Below, one piece after another: positions 27,174-32,000 of a stretch of 32,000 nucleotides of DNA. A model generated the notes under the pieces. The model worked only from the letters and a program-made list of their open reading frames with translations, made no database searches and was not told where the DNA came from. The DNA lies in the NCBI RefSeq assembly GCF_000619845.1, contig NZ_JHUX01000004.1, positions 415,190-447,189 on the forward strand. The letters are read 5' to 3'. A program made the position numbers and the translations under genes. Numbering within the stretch: position 1 is the stretch's first letter; every line of letters begins with the position of its first letter. Source of the DNA: Alkanindiges illinoisensis DSM 15370 (GTDB lineage Bacteria > Pseudomonadota > Gammaproteobacteria > Pseudomonadales > Moraxellaceae).

Positions 27174-28352
27174 TCAACGCTCACGAACCGTTGCCGTTTC
27201 ACTGGTTTCCCGTTCAATGCGTAAAATCACCCCGATCATCATCAGTGATACCACCAGCGCCGTGCCGCCATAACTGATAAATGGTAGGGTCAGGCCCTTG
27301 GTCGGCATCAGTCCCATGTTCATGCCACCATTTACGCATATCTGAATGACAAAAATCACCGAAATGCCGTAAGCCAGATAGCCCGCACGCAAATGATTGT
27401 TTTTGAGCGCCAGATAGCCAATGCGCATACAGGCAGCCACCATCAAAAATGACAGGGTAAACAAAATCGAAATGCCCACAAAACCCAATTCTTCGCCCAC
27501 AATCGCCAACATGAAATCGGTGTGTGCTTCCGGCAAATAAGACAGCTTTTGTACACTATGGCCAAGCCCCGTACCTGTCCACTCACCACGGCCAAAGGCA
27601 ATTAAGCTTTGCTTGAGCTGATAACCATCGCCTTGTTCATCAGCCCAGGGATTGGTAAATGACAGCAGGCGCTTGACGCGCCACGGTGAAGCCAGAATGG
27701 CAACTGCCACGGCACCCACTGCAGTCAGCAGCATGGCACCAAATTGCTTGGGCGGCGCACCAGCCAGAAAGAACACGGCCATCATGCTGCCAACAATCAC
27801 CACCGACGCGCCAAGATCCGGCTCCAGCATAATCAGCAGCAGTACGCTTCCCATTGGAATCAGCAGACGCAACAAGCCTTTGAGGCTAAAGCGGATTTCA
27901 TCGGAACGACGCACCACGTAGTCGGCAATAAACAGCACCATGACAAACTTGGCAAATTCCGAGGGCTGAAAGGTAAAGCCGGGTAAGGTAATCCAGCGTT
28001 TGGAACCGTTGACTTCCGGCAGCATCAGCACCACAGTCAGCAAACCCAGCGCCATCAGCCACAGTAAAATGGTGTTTTTAAACCAGTAACGCAGTGGCAC
28101 GAAAAACGTGGTGGTGAGTGCAATAGCGCCCAGCACCAGATAAATCATGTGGCGTTTAATAAAATACAGTGGCTGGTCGTTAATATAATCACCATAGGGC
28201 ATGGACGCCGAGGTAATCATCACTGTACCCAGACACAGCAGGCTAATCACGGTAAACACCAACAGGCGCTTGGCGGTGATTTCATCCATGAGGGCTGGCG
28301 TTGTAAAAGTAAACTTGTTGTTTTGCCACCACTGGCGTAAGGCAAGTTTCAT
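27174..28352 (-). CDS. ftsW: SEDS-family peptidoglycan glycosyltransferase FtsW
   Basis: 392 aa, polytopic membrane protein. RWI..PGFTFQPSEFAK, EPDLG, LPEAHTDF and LTLPFISYGG are SEDS hallmarks. It lies immediately downstream of murD. Confidence 0.9.
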   Translation of the reverse strand: MKLALRQWWQNNKFTFTTPALMDEITAKRLLVFTVISLLCLGTVMITSASMPYGDYINDQPLYFIKRHMIYLVLGAIALTTTFFVPLRYWFKNTILLWLMALGLLTVVLMLPEVNGSKRWITLPGFTFQPSEFAKFVMVLFIADYVVRRSDEIRFSLKGLLRLLIPMGSVLLLIMLEPDLGASVVIVGSMMAVFFLAGAPPKQFGAMLLTAVGAVAVAILASPWRVKRLLSFTNPWADEQGDGYQLKQSLIAFGRGEWTGTGLGHSVQKLSYLPEAHTDFMLAIVGEELGFVGISILFTLSFLMVAACMRIGYLALKNNHLRAGYLAYGISVIFVIQICVNGGMNMGLMPTKGLTLPFISYGGTALVVSLMMIGVILRIERETSETATVRER

Positions 28353-28377
28353 GGTTCAATCCTGTAACAATGGCGGC

Positions 28378-29742
<1,365 letters not shown>

Positions 29743-29878
29743 CTACCCTCTTGTACGCCAAATATGTTAAAGGGAAAATGGTATCATTCCCGGCAGGCTT
29801 TGCGGGGGTTTAAACCGTAAAACAGCAAAGATTTTTTATGTTTCAGGCCATCAAAAATACTTTCACCGCAAGCCGTTT

Positions 29879-31048
29879 TTACTGACTGATTGTTGTCTTT
29901 TGCCTGATCCAGCGATTTAAGGGAATGGAATAAAACCGGGCAATAGCAAAAGCCAGCATGAAGGTTCCGGCCAAAAATATCAGCAACAATAGTAGCTTTT
30001 CATGAGCGGTTGCAGTTGCAGGGGGAACAGCCACCTTGATGAGACCTAAAATAATTAAATGAAACAGGTAAAGCTCATAGCTATAGCGTCCTAGCGTACA
30101 AAGGGTTCCTTTTAACAAGCCCTGTTTTAATAAATTTGGCGGCATTACAGCCTGTGCGTGCAAACTGCTTTTAGCTTGCAAGCCACCCAGAATTAAAATG
30201 GCCGTACCGCAGGCCATCAGGGTAACTCCCAGCGTATTGGTTTCCTTAATCGGCGCATATAAATAAAACAGCGTCATGCCAACAATGCTTAGTCCCTGCA
30301 CCATCCGGCGCTGGAAAAAAGCAAGGTTAATCCGGTTTGCCAGCAAGGCAGTTGCGCAACCAATGGCAATGCTATCAAAACTGGCCAGGTAGCCATACAG
30401 ATAAGCTTCGCTGTCTTCGCCAAAATGCAGCCAGCGATAGACAGGTGCGGCCAGCACAAAAAAGCCTAAAAACAATGCAAACTGCCGCGATGTTTTTAAA
30501 CCTAAACAGGCTAAAGGAAAGGCCAGATAAAACACTTCCTCTACCGATAAAGACCACAGCACGCCTAAGGCATAATTGACCCAGCCATATTGAATAATCA
30601 GCTGATTCATCCACAAGGTGAGTGCAGCCAGATTGGTTATGGCAGTAGACACTTCAATGCCATTCGGCGCCTGATTAATAAATGGCTTTAACCCCAGCAT
30701 GCCTAAACTATTCACCATCAACAGCAGCAATAACAGGCAAGGCAAAATCCGCGCAATACGTGACCAGTAAAATGTGCGAACATTTATATGATTTAAAGAA
30801 TGCCAGCGGCCAAGGCTATGCGAGGTTATTAAAAACCCGGAAATCACAAAAAACATCGTGACGCCATAATTGCCATTACGGGCAATGGCGGTGATCAGGC
30901 TTTGCCCGGCAATATCAACGGACAGCCATGTATCATGTAATTTGTAGGGAATATTAAAATGATGTAAAAGCACCAGCACAATAGAAATGCCACGTAACAC
31001 ATCAATTTGGGCGTTACGGTGTCGCAGCGTATTATTGGAAACGTCCAT
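29879..31048 (-). CDS. Acyltransferase 3 family integral membrane protein
   Basis: 389 aa, ~10 TM segments. IDVLRGISIVLVLLHH and GVTMFFVISGFLIT are the conserved acyltransferase_3 N-terminal motifs. Confidence 0.85.
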   Translation of the reverse strand: MDVSNNTLRHRNAQIDVLRGISIVLVLLHHFNIPYKLHDTWLSVDIAGQSLITAIARNGNYGVTMFFVISGFLITSHSLGRWHSLNHINVRTFYWSRIARILPCLLLLLLMVNSLGMLGLKPFINQAPNGIEVSTAITNLAALTLWMNQLIIQYGWVNYALGVLWSLSVEEVFYLAFPLACLGLKTSRQFALFLGFFVLAAPVYRWLHFGEDSEAYLYGYLASFDSIAIGCATALLANRINLAFFQRRMVQGLSIVGMTLFYLYAPIKETNTLGVTLMACGTAILILGGLQAKSSLHAQAVMPPNLLKQGLLKGTLCTLGRYSYELYLFHLIILGLIKVAVPPATATAHEKLLLLLIFLAGTFMLAFAIARFYSIPLNRWIRQKTTISQ

Positions 31049-31153
31049 GTATGGCTCAGTTGATTAAAAAAAGCATAAGCTGATTTTTTAAAATTATTTA
31101 AATATTAATTTTTTAAGGATAAAAATTGCTTTTCCCAACCTAGAACATTAGAT

Positions 31154-31498
31154 TTAACGCCACTGCACTGGCTGCTCTTTTCCATCATGTAGCTTAGGCA
31201 TTTCTGTTGCGCATGCAGTCTTTGAGCTATTCGTCTTTGAACTATTCGCAGCTGAACTATCCACATGACAATCTGAACAACCGGCAGAACAACCACTTTG
31301 CACAGCTTTTGGCATCAGCCAGCCACTTAACCGAACAAAGCGTTTATTGGCAAGCCATACTGCCATTGCCTGCTGCCATTTAAAGCTGGTTTTGGGCATA
31401 AAACGCCGTAGCACCACATAGCAGCTCCACAGCAGCAACCCGGCAATAATCAGATATTGCACCAGATTTTGCATTAAACCTTGTGTGACATCAGCCAT
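31154..31498 (-). CDS. Small membrane-anchored protein with a C-terminal Cys motif, downstream of feoB (possible feo accessory; DUF6587-like from memory)
   Basis: 114 aa. One N-terminal TM helix (LVQYLIIAGLLLWSCYVVL), then the GCSAGCSDC cluster. It lies 109 nt downstream of the feoB stop on the same strand. Confidence 0.5.
   Translation of the reverse strand: MADVTQGLMQNLVQYLIIAGLLLWSCYVVLRRFMPKTSFKWQQAMAVWLANKRFVRLSGWLMPKAVQSGCSAGCSDCHVDSSAANSSKTNSSKTACATEMPKLHDGKEQPVQWR
31219..31263 (-). repeat. In-frame 15-bp tandem repeat (about 2.5 units) inside the 31154-31498 ORF
   Basis: tctttgagctattcg (31219-31233) and tctttgaactattcg (31234-31248), plus the partial unit cagctgaactatcca. It encodes ...DSSAA-NSSKT-NSSKT... 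Confidence 0.7.
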
Positions 31499-31607
31499 GA
31501 TCTACTCCACGCTTGCTACAATTTAAGTTGGCATTTAAAGCACTTTTACCCAATGCCTAAACTGATTACCGGACGGGAATCAGCTTAATCATTACTAACT
31601 CCAATAA

Positions 31608-32000
31608 CTAGCCCCAGTAATAGTGTGCCACCTGATACGTGACCAATGAAGCCAGATAAGCCAATCCAAACAAATAGGTGGTCATAATCGCCACATAGCG
31701 CCATGATCCGGTTTCACGCTTCACGGTTGCCAGTGTGGCCAGACATTGTGGCGCAAAAATGAACCACACAAGTAAGGCCAAACCTGTGGCCAGACCCCAG
31801 CCATGCTCGCCGGTAATGTACTGACCCAGACCTTGTGCAATGGCATCTTCATCGCCGGACATGGCATAGACCGTGCCCAGTGCCGCCACCACCACTTCAC
31901 GCGCGGCCATGGCGGGAATCAGCGCAATACAGATTTCCCAGGTAAAGCCCAGTGGCGCAAAAACTGGCTGAATCAAATGACCCAAACGGCCCGCCAGACT
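31608..32000 (-). CDS. feoB: Ferrous iron transporter FeoB, C-terminal fragment (gene continues beyond the right edge)
   Basis: The reading frame is open to the window edge. LGFTWEICIALIPAMAAREVVVAALGTVY and the final TM helices match the FeoB C-terminal gate/permease region. Confidence 0.85.
   Translation of the reverse strand, partial: SLAGRLGHLIQPVFAPLGFTWEICIALIPAMAAREVVVAALGTVYAMSGDEDAIAQGLGQYITGEHGWGLATGLALLVWFIFAPQCLATLATVKRETGSWRYVAIMTTYLFGLAYLASLVTYQVAHYYWG

Overview
This is a chromosomal segment of a gammaproteobacterium. Gene content and order (argH / algZ-algR / hemC-hemD-hemX-hemY, plus thiC, phoU, tolC, nudF-cpdA, dksA-gluQ, murD-ftsW, feoB) resemble Pseudomonadales/Moraxellaceae. 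The species cannot be determined without a database search. The housekeeping backbone is roughly half G+C and is interrupted by two AT-rich accessory patches.

(1) Position 1 to about 5.9 kb, open at the left window edge. It carries four DNA-acting genes: a bona fide Vsr endonuclease (+), convergent with a minus-strand block. That block is an OLD-family ABC-ATPase/TOPRIM nuclease whose stop overlaps the start of a UvrD-like SF1 helicase (Gabija-like or class-2-OLD-like pair). An uncharacterised 323-aa protein with a textbook PD-(D/E)xK motif follows. The patch ends in a 676-bp non-coding stretch holding short direct repeats, a tRNA-3'-end-like remnant and a hairpin terminator. This is the best candidate for a composite or undescribed defence system.

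(2) 25.1-27.2 kb, between gluQ and ftsW. It holds two small AT-rich orphan ORFs flanking a glutathione S-transferase gene broken by a single in-frame amber codon.

Also present are tRNA-Glu(UUC) with a promoter and terminator, a TPP riboswitch ahead of thiC, and several intrinsic terminators. I saw no CRISPR array, IS element, integrase or rRNA. All functional calls rest on motif and family recognition by eye; no searches were run.
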